This document shows positions 19,733 to 28,750 of a DNA stretch of 64,000 bases, one piece after another; within the stretch, counting starts at the first letter, position 1, and each line of letters starts with the position of its first letter. Location: the NCBI GenBank assembly GCA_021818955.1, contig JAKASR010000019.1, positions 5,400-69,399 on the forward strand, in the 5' to 3' direction. The notes under the pieces were generated by a model, which saw only the letters and a program-made list of their open reading frames with translations, was not told the DNA's origin and searched no databases. The translations under genes and the position numbers were made by a program. The DNA comes from Acidobacteriota bacterium. Its GTDB lineage: Bacteria; Acidobacteriota; Terriglobia; Terriglobales; SCQP01.

Positions 19733-20332
19733 ATGCGTATCGGTTTTTCCCCTTCCCGCGGCAAATTGGCCTGGGCGCTAAGCGCTATCGTCGGCGTCTC
19801 TATATTCGTCTTCCTGATCGCCGGCAACTCGCCCGCTCCGGCGAAAACTACACCCCAGCCGGCCCCGCGGCCGGCCTTGTCCGCCGGCGGCATGGCGGCT
19901 ATGCCCGGCATGCCTGCTATGCCGGGGCGAAGCCTGCAGCCAAGCTCGAGCGCCCCGCAATCCGGACCGGCCTGGCCCACCCCGGCGTATCATCGCCATT
20001 CCCCCCGCGGCCCCCTGCCCGCGACTCTGCCCCCTTCGCAATTTTCCGACCCCCGCGTCCAGGCGGTGTACGCCATGGCCGCCAAAATCGAAAAAGTTCT
20101 TTACCAGCAGCCTTGCTATTGCCGCTGCGACCGTGAATTAGGTCACACCAGCCTGCTTTCCTGCTATATCGGCACGCACGCCTCGGTTTGCCAGGTCTGC
20201 CTGATGGAGGCCGCTTTCGCCTATCAACAGACGAAAAAGGGTCAAACCCCGGCGCAAATTCGCCACGAAATCAAGCGCGGCGATTGGCGCACGCTCAATC
20301 TCGAGCGGGTGATCGCCCGTTATGCCCGCTGA
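19733..20332 (+). CDS. PCYCGC-motif protein with Met-rich linker
   Basis: QQPCYCRC...GHTSLLSCY...HASVCQVC; N-terminal TM; GMAAMPGMPAMPG linker. Confidence 0.8.
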   Translation: MRIGFSPSRGKLAWALSAIVGVSIFVFLIAGNSPAPAKTTPQPAPRPALSAGGMAAMPGMPAMPGRSLQPSSSAPQSGPAWPTPAYHRHSPRGPLPATLPPSQFSDPRVQAVYAMAAKIEKVLYQQPCYCRCDRELGHTSLLSCYIGTHASVCQVCLMEAAFAYQQTKKGQTPAQIRHEIKRGDWRTLNLERVIARYAR

Positions 20333-20377
20333 TAATCCAGGTCGCCATTTCCCCGGAGCATAGAAGAGTTGTTGCCG

Positions 20378-20443
20378 CGCGTCCGGCTTCGGCCAGGCGT
20401 TTGCGAAAGCGTCAGCGCCTAAAAGGAATAGCGGCCGCGCCGC
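20378..20443 (+). repeat. 66-bp structured repeat, family B, copy 5 (most diverged)
   Basis: cgcgtccggcttcggccaggcgtttgcgaaagcgtcagcgcctaaaaggaatagcggccgcgccgc. Confidence 0.85.
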
Positions 20444-20605
20444 GGTAAAAAATCGGCCCTGAACGGGCGCAAACCACGGTTGAACCGCCGCCCCGCATTT
20501 TCTGCTTGGGTTGCCGCGCCGCAGGCTTTATCCTGATCCAGGTGCATTCGCCGGCTGCCGCCCTGTAGCTTTGGCGCATCTTCTCACTGAGGAATACAAA
20601 TATTT

Positions 20606-21781
20606 ATGTCGCTATCGCTTTTTACTTCCGAGTCGGTCACCGAGGGTCATCCCGATAAAATGGCCGATCAGATCTCCGACAGCGTGCTGGACGCGGCGCT
20701 GGAGCGCGATTCGCGCAGCCGCGTCGCCTGTGAGTCGCTGCTCACTACCGGCTTGATCGTGGTCGCCGGCGAGATCACCACCAACGCTCATCTCGACTAT
20801 CAGGAAATTGCCCGCGAAGCGGTGCGCCGGGTGGGTTACACCGATGCCGGCTTCGGCTTCGACTGCGACACCTGCGGCGTGCTCATCAGCGTGCATCAGC
20901 AGTCGTCCGATATTGCCCTTGGCGTCGACCGCGAGGGTGCGGGCGATCAGGGCATGATGTTCGGTTTTGCCTGCGATGAAACCCCGGAAAAAATGCCGCT
21001 GCCGATTTCGCTGGCGCACCGGCTGGTGCGCCGGCTCTCCGAAACCCGGCGCTCCGGGCAACTGGAATTTCTGCGGCCCGATGGAAAAAGCCAGGTCACG
21101 GTGGAATATCGTGACCAGCGCCCGGCGCGGATTGCGGCCGTGGTTGTCTCTACCCAGCACGCCAACTCCGTTTCGACGGCGGAACTGCGCGAGCGCGTCC
21201 GCCGCGAAGTGATCGACGCCGTTCTGCCGCACGAGCTGGTCGATTCCGCCACTACCTATCACATCAACCCCACCGGCCGCTTCGTTACCGGCGGCCCCAT
21301 GGGCGACACCGGCGTGACCGGCCGCAAAATTATTGTGGATACCTACGGCGGCATGGGCCGCCACGGCGGCGGCGCGTTTTCCGGCAAAGATCCCACCAAA
21401 GTCGATCGCTCCGCCGCCTATATGGCCCGCTATATCGCCCGTAATCTCGTCGCCGCCGGCTTGGCGCGGCGCTGCGAAATTCAGCTAGCCTACGCGATTG
21501 GCGAGCCCGATCCGGTTTCCATCCGCGTCGATACTTTCGGCACCGGCCGCCACGGCTCCGAACAGTTGGCCCATGCCATTCGCGAAATCTTCCCGCTGAC
21601 CCCGCGCGGCATTATCGATCATCTGCAACTCCGCCGCCCCATCTACCGTGCTACCGCCGCCTTCGGCCATTTTGGCCGCGACGAGGCCGAGTTCACCTGG
21701 GAACGCGAAGATCAGGTTGCGGCGCTGCAATCCGCTCTGGAGGGCAGGGAAGCCGGGGTGGTCACCACCGCTTCGGCCTGA
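20606..21781 (+). CDS. metK: S-adenosylmethionine synthetase
   Basis: [38 protein letters not shown]. Confidence 0.98.
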   Translation: MSLSLFTSESVTEGHPDKMADQISDSVLDAALERDSRSRVACESLLTTGLIVVAGEITTNAHLDYQEIAREAVRRVGYTDAGFGFDCDTCGVLISVHQQSSDIALGVDREGAGDQGMMFGFACDETPEKMPLPISLAHRLVRRLSETRRSGQLEFLRPDGKSQVTVEYRDQRPARIAAVVVSTQHANSVSTAELRERVRREVIDAVLPHELVDSATTYHINPTGRFVTGGPMGDTGVTGRKIIVDTYGGMGRHGGGAFSGKDPTKVDRSAAYMARYIARNLVAAGLARRCEIQLAYAIGEPDPVSIRVDTFGTGRHGSEQLAHAIREIFPLTPRGIIDHLQLRRPIYRATAAFGHFGRDEAEFTWEREDQVAALQSALEGREAGVVTTASA

Positions 21782-21804
21782 AGGCTTCGCCGCTTACGCT
21801 TACG

Positions 21805-23268
21805 ATGAAATCGCTGGCGCAACGGGCCTTGGATACCGCCATGCAGCAGGGCGCCGGTTATGCCGACGTCCGTCTGGCCGAAGAGCGCCATCGCAGCTTT
21901 ACCACCAAGAACGGGCGCATCGGGCACGTCGCCGATGCCGAGTCCCACGGCTTGGGCGTGCGCGCCCTGGTCGCCGGTTCCTGGGGCTTCGCCGCTGCCG
22001 GCCATCTGACCCCCGAGGGGGTGGACCGCGCCGCCGCCGAGGCGATTGCCATTGCCCGCGCTTCGGCCCGCGTGCAGGCGCGCGCGGTTACCCTGGCCCC
22101 CGAATCCCCGCATTGCGCCGTCTGGGTTTCTCCCTGCCGCATTGACCCCTTTGCCGTCTCGCTTGAAACCAGCCTCGACCTGCTCTTTGCCGTCGATCGC
22201 GAGCTGCGCTCCGTCTCCGGCATTACCCTGGCCGAAACCGGCATGGAGTTTCATCGCTCCCGGCAGTGGTTTCTCTCCAGCGAAGGCGCCGACCAGGAAC
22301 AGACCCGCACCCTCAGCGGCGCCGGCTTCGCCGCTTATTCTTTCGGCGAAAGCGAAATTCAAAAACGCTCTTACCCCAACTCTTTCGGCGGCCAGCATCA
22401 GCTCAAAGGCTATGAGCTGATCGAGGAACTGCGCCTGCTCGAAAATGCCCGCCGCGTCGCCGAAGAAGCGGTCGCCTTGCATCGCGCCGATCAATGCCCC
22501 CAGCTTACCGGCACGCTCGTGCTCGACAGCTCGCAGCTCGGCCTGCAGATTCACGAATCCATCGGCCATCCCATCGAGCTGGATCGCGTGCTCGGCGCCG
22601 AAGCCAACTTTGCCGGCGGCAGCTTTTTGTCGCTCGATAAGCTGCGCCATCTGCGCTATGGCTCGGAACTGGTGAATGTCGTTGCCGATGCCCGGCTGGA
22701 GCACGGCCCCGGCCTCGGCACTTTCGCCTTTGATGATGAGGGCGTTCCCGCCGCCCGCGCCGATATTATCCGCGCCGGCGAATTTACCGGCTACCTCATG
22801 AGCCGTGAAACCGCCGCCCAGATTGGCGAGGGCCGCTCCAACGGCTGCATGCGCGCCGAATCCTGGAACCGCCTGCCGCTGATTCGCATGACGAACATCA
22901 GCATTCTGCCCGGCGAGCGCCCGCTCTCCCCCGGCGAGTTGCTGGCCGATACCGACGCCGGCGTCTATATGGAAACCAACCGCAGTTGGTCCATCGACGA
23001 CAAGCGCTATAACTTTCAGTTTGGCTGCGAAATCGGCTGGGAAATCCGCCATGGACGCCAGGTCCGCATGTTGAAAAACCCCAGCTATTCCGGCATCACC
23101 ACCGAATTCTGGAACTCGCTCGACGCCATCTGCTCGCGCCAGCATTGGACCCTCTGGGGCACCCCCAACTGTGGCAAGGGCCAGCCGCAGCAGACTATGG
23201 GTACCGGCCACGGCGCCGCTCCGGCGCGCTTTCGCAACATCAAGATCGGCGGCGCCTATGCCCGCTAA
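21805..23268 (+). CDS. tldD: TldD metalloprotease subunit
   Basis: QIHESIGHPIELD (HExxxH), FDDEGV, RMTNISI, CGKGQP. Confidence 0.93.
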   Translation: MKSLAQRALDTAMQQGAGYADVRLAEERHRSFTTKNGRIGHVADAESHGLGVRALVAGSWGFAAAGHLTPEGVDRAAAEAIAIARASARVQARAVTLAPESPHCAVWVSPCRIDPFAVSLETSLDLLFAVDRELRSVSGITLAETGMEFHRSRQWFLSSEGADQEQTRTLSGAGFAAYSFGESEIQKRSYPNSFGGQHQLKGYELIEELRLLENARRVAEEAVALHRADQCPQLTGTLVLDSSQLGLQIHESIGHPIELDRVLGAEANFAGGSFLSLDKLRHLRYGSELVNVVADARLEHGPGLGTFAFDDEGVPAARADIIRAGEFTGYLMSRETAAQIGEGRSNGCMRAESWNRLPLIRMTNISILPGERPLSPGELLADTDAGVYMETNRSWSIDDKRYNFQFGCEIGWEIRHGRQVRMLKNPSYSGITTEFWNSLDAICSRQHWTLWGTPNCGKGQPQQTMGTGHGAAPARFRNIKIGGAYAR

Positions 23269-24670
23269 AGAAAACCTCCCGGCGCCGCCGGCATTGCCTT
23301 CCGATCCGCTTTCCCCGCTGCTCGACCCGGATTTTGCCCGCAAGCTGCTCGAACAGACGCTGGCCGTCGCCCAAGCCGATGCCACCGAGCTGAGCCTGCA
23401 CACCGGCAGCTCCGCCCTCACTCGCTTCGCCAATAACGGCATTCATCAGAATGTCGCCGAAAGCCAAACCACCCTTTCCATTCGCAGCGTCCTCGGCGGC
23501 CGCATGGCCCGCGCCTCCACCAATCGGCTTGATCCCGCCTCCATCGCCGCCACCGTCGCCCGCGCCGAGGCCTTGGCGCGGCTGCAAACCCCCGAGCCCG
23601 ACCTGCTGCCCATGCCCGGCCCGCAGCGCTATGACCCCCTCGCGCGCTCCTTTGCCGCCTCGTTGTTGTCTCCCCGGGAGCGCGCCGAATTCGCCGAAGC
23701 CATGGTCGCCGTCGCCCGCCGTGACCAACTCAACGCCGCCGGCGTCGTCGCTAATCATCGCGCCGCCCAGGCCTTGCTTAACTCGCAAGGGCTGGAAGCC
23801 TTCTACGAAGAGACCGGCGCCGAGTATTCGGTCACCATGCAGGCCGCCGACAGCTCCGGCTGGGCCAAGGCCACTTCCACCGACGCGGCCCAGCTCGATT
23901 TCGTCGCCGGCGCCGAAACTGCCGCCCGCAAGGCCCGCCTCAGCGCTAATCCGGTGGAATTGCCCCCCGGACGTTACACCGTCATTCTTGAGCCCGCCGC
24001 CGTGCTCGATTTGCTCGGCTTTTTGTTTTGGGATTTTGGCGGCCTGGCCATTCTCGATCAGCGCAGTTTCCTCACCGGCCGCCTCGGCGCTCGTCTCTTT
24101 GGCGAGAACATACAGTTTCACGACGACGTGCGCCATCCGCTCCAGTCCGGCGCGCCCTTCGATGGCGAAGGCATGCCGCGCCAGCGTTTGACCCTGGTCG
24201 AAAACGGCGTGGTGAAAGAGATCGCCTACGCGCGCCAGACCGCCGAGCGCATGCGCCGCGAACATCCGGAAATTCCCGCCGCGCCCACCGGCCATGGCTT
24301 TCCTCTGCCCAATGAATACGGCGAGGCGCCGCTCAATATCATCATGCAAGGCGGCGAACAATCGCTCGAGCAGATGATCGCCGGGGTCGAGCACGGCATT
24401 CTGGTGACCCGGCTCTGGTATATCCGCGAAGTGGACGCCTATAAGAAGCTGCTGACCGGCATGACCCGTGATGGCACTTTCCTGATCGAACAGGGCAGGC
24501 TGGCGCGCGGCTTGCGTAATTTTCGCTTTAACCAGAGCATGGTCGAGTTGCTCAATCAGGTCGAGGCGCTCGGCGTCCCTGTTCGCTCCAGCGGCGAAGA
24601 ATCCTTCGATATGGTCGTGCCCCCGCTGCGCGTCGCCGGCTTCAACTTCACCGAAGTAACCCGCTTCTAA
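23258..24670 (+). CDS. pmbA: TldE/PmbA protein
   Basis: TRFANNGIHQN, PFDGEG, TGMTRDG; overlaps the tldD end; lacks HExxH. Confidence 0.88.
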   Translation: MPAKENLPAPPALPSDPLSPLLDPDFARKLLEQTLAVAQADATELSLHTGSSALTRFANNGIHQNVAESQTTLSIRSVLGGRMARASTNRLDPASIAATVARAEALARLQTPEPDLLPMPGPQRYDPLARSFAASLLSPRERAEFAEAMVAVARRDQLNAAGVVANHRAAQALLNSQGLEAFYEETGAEYSVTMQAADSSGWAKATSTDAAQLDFVAGAETAARKARLSANPVELPPGRYTVILEPAAVLDLLGFLFWDFGGLAILDQRSFLTGRLGARLFGENIQFHDDVRHPLQSGAPFDGEGMPRQRLTLVENGVVKEIAYARQTAERMRREHPEIPAAPTGHGFPLPNEYGEAPLNIIMQGGEQSLEQMIAGVEHGILVTRLWYIREVDAYKKLLTGMTRDGTFLIEQGRLARGLRNFRFNQSMVELLNQVEALGVPVRSSGEESFDMVVPPLRVAGFNFTEVTRF

Positions 24671-24869
24671 GCCGCTTTTATTTTCGGCCGTTTGGCTGAA
24701 TCCGCCCTTTTTCCCGTGTTCGCCCTGGTTTCCCCTGCCTCCCTCTTATCCTTCCTCCCCCTCTTGCTTTCCGCTGCGCCGGCGATATACTTTCCCTCAG
24801 CTATGACTTTGCGGGCGTGACGGGCATCGTTATTTGGAAGGAGCGCATCTCCTCCCGCGGGCAGCTCGT

Positions 24870-25958
24870 ATGAGGTCGCATCTGCCGCTCCATTACCGCT
24901 TCATGCCGGCCAGCCGGGTGTGGGGAGGTATCGCTTGCGCTTTCCTGCTGCTGGGAGGGTGGGCCGCGGGCGTATCCGCCCGGGCGGGTACCCTTGGCAA
25001 AGCCCATAAACTGACCGAGCCCGATCGCATCTCTATCCTCCGCACCATGGTGGCGGCGATTGGTTTTTCCCGCCATAGCCTGCCGCGCGGCAAGCACCCG
25101 ATTAAGCTCAGTTCCACCGGGCGGATTCTCAACCTGCATGAAATTCATCAGCAGGTTCGCAATAGCGGCATCGCCATCCCCCGCGGCGGTCGTGTCCAGA
25201 TCACCGCCATTCATTTCCATTCCCATTCCATCGACTTCGATTTAAATGGCGGCCCTCAAACCTCGCACTGGTATAACCATTTGCAGTTCGGTATCGGCAA
25301 CGGACCGATGAATTCGATTCCGAATCAGGGGCGCATCGGCGGCGGACGCATCACCTTGCGCTTCCACGGCCAGGTCCCGGCGCTCACCACCGCCGAAATT
25401 CGCAAGGAACTCAGCCCCATCATTGAATGGAACTTGCGCGAAGGCTCCGCCATCGCCCGCTATCACCTGCCGCCTGTGGTTCGTAAAGCCATCCACCGCC
25501 ACCATGTGCTGGTCGGCATGGATCGTTCCATGGTTGTGGCCGCGCTCGGGCGCACTCAGCGCAAATATCATGAGCAAAATGTAACCACCGGCGAAGTCTA
25601 TACCGATTGGGTCTATGGCAAGCCGCCCGCGAAAACTACTTTCGTCCGCCTCGAAGGCAACCGCGTCGTTCGCGTGGTTACCTATTTCCCCGATGGACAC
25701 CGCATTGTCCGCGATCAGCCCCAAGTGCTGATCGTGCAACGCCAGGCGCCCGTCGCCCCCGCCGCCGATTCCGGCCCGCGCCCTTCGCTGCATCGCCACC
25801 CCAGCCTCAAGCAGCAACCCGAGTCCGCGCCCCTGCCGATGCAGGATCGCCCCATCGTTACCAAACCTCAAATCAACCCGAATGCTCCCGGCGCTACCTC
25901 GCCTTCCTCGGTGCCTAACAACACTTCATCCGACGGCACTGGAACCATTCCGCATTAG
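24870..25958 (+). CDS. Conserved secreted hypothetical protein with a SmpA/OmlA-like small domain
   Basis: Signal peptide; VLVGMDRSMVVAALG...YTDWVYG...FVRLEG; Pro-rich tail. Confidence 0.65.
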   Translation: MRSHLPLHYRFMPASRVWGGIACAFLLLGGWAAGVSARAGTLGKAHKLTEPDRISILRTMVAAIGFSRHSLPRGKHPIKLSSTGRILNLHEIHQQVRNSGIAIPRGGRVQITAIHFHSHSIDFDLNGGPQTSHWYNHLQFGIGNGPMNSIPNQGRIGGGRITLRFHGQVPALTTAEIRKELSPIIEWNLREGSAIARYHLPPVVRKAIHRHHVLVGMDRSMVVAALGRTQRKYHEQNVTTGEVYTDWVYGKPPAKTTFVRLEGNRVVRVVTYFPDGHRIVRDQPQVLIVQRQAPVAPAADSGPRPSLHRHPSLKQQPESAPLPMQDRPIVTKPQINPNAPGATSPSSVPNNTSSDGTGTIPH

Positions 25959-26179
25959 ACGTATAAGTTGGCCGCCTCAAGCTATGCCAAAACCTTCGAT
26001 TTATGACATATGGCAGTAGGATGACAGCATAATTAATTCTGCTGCCACATGTATCTTATTGAAATAAAAGGAGATATTATTAAGGTGACAGCATGACGGC
26101 AAATTTATCAGGGCGCGATGACGATTGGCTTTTGGCCGGGCCGATTGAATCCAGAATCTAAATTGTAAAGAGGCTACCC

Positions 26180-26341
26180 ATGATTAAGAAAATCGGCGGT
26201 AAATACGTGGTGCTATCCGAAAGCACCGGACGGCGTTTCGGCAGCTATGGCACCAAAGCGGAAGCCGAGCGGCGCCTCCGTCAAATTGAGTATTTTAAGC
26301 ACGCCAAAGCCGGCGGCAAGGGGAAGCGCAAGGCGGCTTGA
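26180..26341 (+). CDS. 53-aa basic protein, phage-like (missed by the ORF track)
   Basis: MIKKIGGKYVVLSESTGRRFGSYGTKAEAERRLRQIEYFKHAKAGGKGKRKAA; AAGAGG RBS upstream. Confidence 0.7.
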   Translation: MIKKIGGKYVVLSESTGRRFGSYGTKAEAERRLRQIEYFKHAKAGGKGKRKAA

Positions 26342-26349
26342 GACAGCCT

Positions 26350-26491
26350 GGTGGAAGTAGGGTGGAAGTAAAAATCAGTTTACTTCCACCCGTAATTGCT
26401 TGACTGCAAATAACTTAACTCTCGGGTGGAAGTATGGAGGTAAATTGACGACGTTGTGGATGATATGGTTTTTCAGCTTTTTTACTTCCGC
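26350..26491. repeat. Iteron-like cluster GGTGGAAGTA
   Basis: Exact copies at 26350, 26361, 26425 (+) and 26381 (-), plus degenerate copies at 26435 and 26483. Confidence 0.8.
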
Positions 26492-26510
26492 TCGCGCTTT
26501 AAGCTGGTAG

Positions 26511-28349
26511 CTATTTTGAGTTTATCGGCTTGGTTTCGATAATTTCCAGGGGCAGCGATTCGCGCAATCGGCGGGCGGCCGGATGGTTGGCGGCGCGTTC
26601 TTCGGCTTCGCGCGCCTCGCGCGCGCGCGCTTCGAGAATGGAAGGATTCGGCGCCGAGCGCTCGATCCGGATTTCGGGCGCGAACCCCAGCGCCTGTCGC
26701 GCCGCCTGGCGCAGTTCCGTTTGCATGCTTGGGCCCTGAAACAGGGTGGCGATGCCGTCATGCTCGCCATCGAATCGCAGCACCAGCGCTTTTCCTTCCC
26801 ATGTCGCTTCCGCCTGAATGAACATCTCGTAAAGCGCCGCCCGCTTCCCGCTGAGATAGTTCCGCAAACGCTCGACCGGCGAGGCGGGTTCTTCATTCGT
26901 GGCTGCGCCATTCGCGCTGGCGCCTTCCGGAACGGAAGGGAATGGCGAGGCCGCCGGTTCAATCGCGGGCGCGGCGGGCGTGGCCGTAACCGGCGCGGCG
27001 GTCTTGATGTCGGGCGCGGGCGCAACCGCCTTCAAAGTCGCCGGATGCGATGCCTTGGCGGCGGCTTTTTCGGAAGCTTGGAGCGGCGCCGCCGCGGGTG
27101 CCGGGTTCGATGCCGGCGCCGGCTTGGCCGCCGGTTTCATCGGGGAAGCTGCGCGGCCGCCCTCCCCGCTATTCAGGTTTTTTTTTTGCGCGGCCCCGGC
27201 CGCCGCCGTCTGCTCTTGCGGCACCAGCGCTCGAATCACTTCTTCCAGGCTGGTCAGGCGCGAGGCGTGGATCAGCTTGATCAAGCCCAGTTCCAGATGC
27301 AGTCGTTCCGCCGGCGCGTGCCGCAGCTCGTTGGCGGTGCGCAGCATGATCTGCAAAAAACGGGTCAACTGCTCCTCGTTAAACCAGCCCGCGGCCTCGG
27401 CGGCCAGCATGCGGTCCTGCTCGGCCATCTCCACCACCGCATTCTCCGGCCCCAGGGCGCGGGTCACCAGCATCGCCCGCAGCCATTGCAACAACTGCCG
27501 CGCCAGTTGCGACGGGGTCACGCCCGATTGCAGCATCTCGTGCAGTTCCGCCAGCGCCCGTCCGCCATCGCCGTCGCGCACCGCGGTCACCATTTCCACC
27601 AGCCGCCGCCCCGAAACCCGCCCCAACAGTTGCCGCGCCGTATCGGCGCGCAAGCGCTCGCCATCATGCGCGATCACCTGGTCCAGGAACGAGAGGGCGT
27701 CGCGCAGCGAGCCTTCGCCGGCTTCCGCCGCCAGCTCCAGCGCCTGCGGCTCCGCTTCCAATCCCTCCGACGCGCAGATCTGGCGCAGCCGCTCCAGCGT
27801 GGTGCCGAAGCTCAGCGCCCGAAAAGCGTAATGCTGGCAGCGCGAGCGGATGGTCGCCGGCAGCGCTTCCGGCTCTGTCGTCGCCAGCACGAACATGACC
27901 CATTCCGGCGGCTCTTCCAGCGTCTTCAGCAGCGCGTTGAAGGCGTCGCTGGTGAGCTGGTGCGCCTCGTCGAGAATAAAAAATTTCGTGCGATCGCGCG
28001 CCGGCCGGTAGCGGGCGTTGTCGCGCAGTTGCCGGATCTCGTCAATGCCGCGGTTCGAGGCGGCGTCGATTTCCAGCACGTCCACCGAATTGCCTTCGGC
28101 GATCTCCACGCAGGCTTCGCATTCGCCGCAGGGCGTGGGCGTCGGCGCCGGCGAGCGCCGGCAGTTCATCGCTTTCGCCAGAATGCGGGCGATCGTGGTC
28201 TTGCCGATGCCGCGATGGCCGGAAAAGATGAAGCCGTGCGCCACCCGCCCCGTCCCCAGCGCGTTGCGCAGCGTCTCGACGATGGCATCCTGCCCGATCA
28301 CCTCGTCGAAGGTCTGCGGGCGATACTTGCGCGCCAGAACCGGCCTCAT
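26511..28349 (-). CDS. dnaX: DNA polymerase III subunit tau/gamma
   Basis: LARKYRPQTF, GHRGIGKTT, C..C..C zinc module, EIDAASNRG, LDEAH, TIRSRC. Confidence 0.97.
   Translation of the reverse strand: MRPVLARKYRPQTFDEVIGQDAIVETLRNALGTGRVAHGFIFSGHRGIGKTTIARILAKAMNCRRSPAPTPTPCGECEACVEIAEGNSVDVLEIDAASNRGIDEIRQLRDNARYRPARDRTKFFILDEAHQLTSDAFNALLKTLEEPPEWVMFVLATTEPEALPATIRSRCQHYAFRALSFGTTLERLRQICASEGLEAEPQALELAAEAGEGSLRDALSFLDQVIAHDGERLRADTARQLLGRVSGRRLVEMVTAVRDGDGGRALAELHEMLQSGVTPSQLARQLLQWLRAMLVTRALGPENAVVEMAEQDRMLAAEAAGWFNEEQLTRFLQIMLRTANELRHAPAERLHLELGLIKLIHASRLTSLEEVIRALVPQEQTAAAGAAQKKNLNSGEGGRAASPMKPAAKPAPASNPAPAAAPLQASEKAAAKASHPATLKAVAPAPDIKTAAPVTATPAAPAIEPAASPFPSVPEGASANGAATNEEPASPVERLRNYLSGKRAALYEMFIQAEATWEGKALVLRFDGEHDGIATLFQGPSMQTELRQAARQALGFAPEIRIERSAPNPSILEARAREAREAEERAANHPAARRLRESLPLEIIETKPINSK
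27178..27187 (-). promoter_or_regulatory. A10 slippage site in dnaX (predicted gamma-producing signal)
   Basis: Minus strand GCG CAA AAA AAA AAC CTG AAT AG; adding one A gives CCT GAA TAG, losing one A gives ACC TGA. Confidence 0.75.
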
Positions 28350-28452
28350 AGGCTTTGAGTATAACGGACGCCGCCCCGCTCGCCGCCGTCTCCCCATCAT
28401 TCCTTGTTGATTTCCGCTTTCAACCCGCCCCAGCCGCGATAAAATCGAGATG

Positions 28453-28557
28453 TCAGACTTCGGGTTTCGCGCAAGCGCCTGCCACAAACCCCGCCAGGTC
28501 CGGAAGGAAGCAACGGTAGTGGATTGGGCCCTGTGCAGCGAAGGGCCCGAAGTCTGA
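28453..28557 (+). ncRNA. ffs: Signal recognition particle RNA (4.5S)
   Basis: Conserved CAGGTCCGGAAGGAAGCA core; terminal stem tcagacttcggg / cccgaagtctga. Confidence 0.93.
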
Positions 28558-28750
28558 TGCTTTTTAGCAACGATATCCCGGCCTGGAGCGGCATGTCCCG
28601 GCGCAGCCGCGGTTTTATTGAGCCTCTTAAATTAATTTATTTAGCGGCAGGTTGAAAGTGGATCGCTGTTGGCCGGCTGTTGCATAACTCTGTGCCGCGC
28701 CGCGCCGAGATGCCGTATGCTGTCAATTTCGGCCTTGCTGGGAGACCCGA

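Noticed and set aside
13532-20443. Family B repeat as a known riboswitch or ribozyme (c-di-GMP-I, hammerhead, twister)
   Set aside because: Partial resemblances (GAAAGC...CCUAAA; CUGACG on the minus strand) lack the remaining required core nucleotides
13532-20443. CRISPR array
   Set aside because: Repeats are separated by whole genes rather than 30-40 bp spacers; no cas genes
20450-20605. SAM riboswitch upstream of metK
   Set aside because: Only a TTATC fragment; the SAM-I core and other SAM-class consensus elements are not evident
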